DNA from: Octopus sinensis
Lineage: Eukaryota
Direction of reading: 5' to 3'
Assembly (NCBI RefSeq): GCF_006345805.1
Contig: NC_043012.1
Span: 9,610,001 to 9,674,000 of the forward strand
Length of the DNA stretch: 64,000 nt
The notes beneath the pieces are model-generated. The model was not told the origin of the DNA. It saw nothing but the letters and a program-made list of their open reading frames with translations, and ran no database searches. This document shows positions 63,860 through 64,000 of the stretch, piece after piece. Both the position numbers and the translations under genes were made by a program. Numbering within the stretch: position 1 is the stretch's first letter; every line of letters starts with the position of its first letter.

Positions 63860-64000
63860 GTTATTGTTATTATTATCATTATTGTTATTATTTTATTTTT
63901 ATTATTATTATTATTATTAATTTTTTTACCTCCTTTGGGAAATGCAGCGATACTTTTTCTTAACCAGATACGTCTTTGGGAATACGCATACAAGTTTTCC

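Overview
AT-rich, microsatellite-saturated eukaryotic DNA. Its SINE families match those I recall from Octopus genomes, so the organism is inferred. Most of the window looks intronic or intergenic. It holds three or four tRNA-derived SINE families (about 30 copies or fragments), at least seven R4/Dong-type non-LTR retrotransposon remnants sitting in (AAT)n tracts, three Penelope-like (GIY-YIG) remnants, several Tc1/mariner relics, a MITE, an ORF1-only zinc-knuckle element and a U6 snRNA pseudogene. One well-formed minus-strand coding exon (46079-46226) belongs to a protein I cannot name, and a second coding-like island at 54029-54187 lacks a splice donor. Highlights: two type I hammerhead ribozymes in inverted orientation inside the putative intron, a second family of minimal hammerhead-like elements inserted in (TA)n, a full-length U6 copy abutting the 5' end of a SINE, and a 3' tail shared by a SINE and the ORF1-only element. 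Nearly all ORFs in the supplied track are microsatellite artefacts. Alignments and identities were done by eye, and boundaries of decayed elements are approximate.
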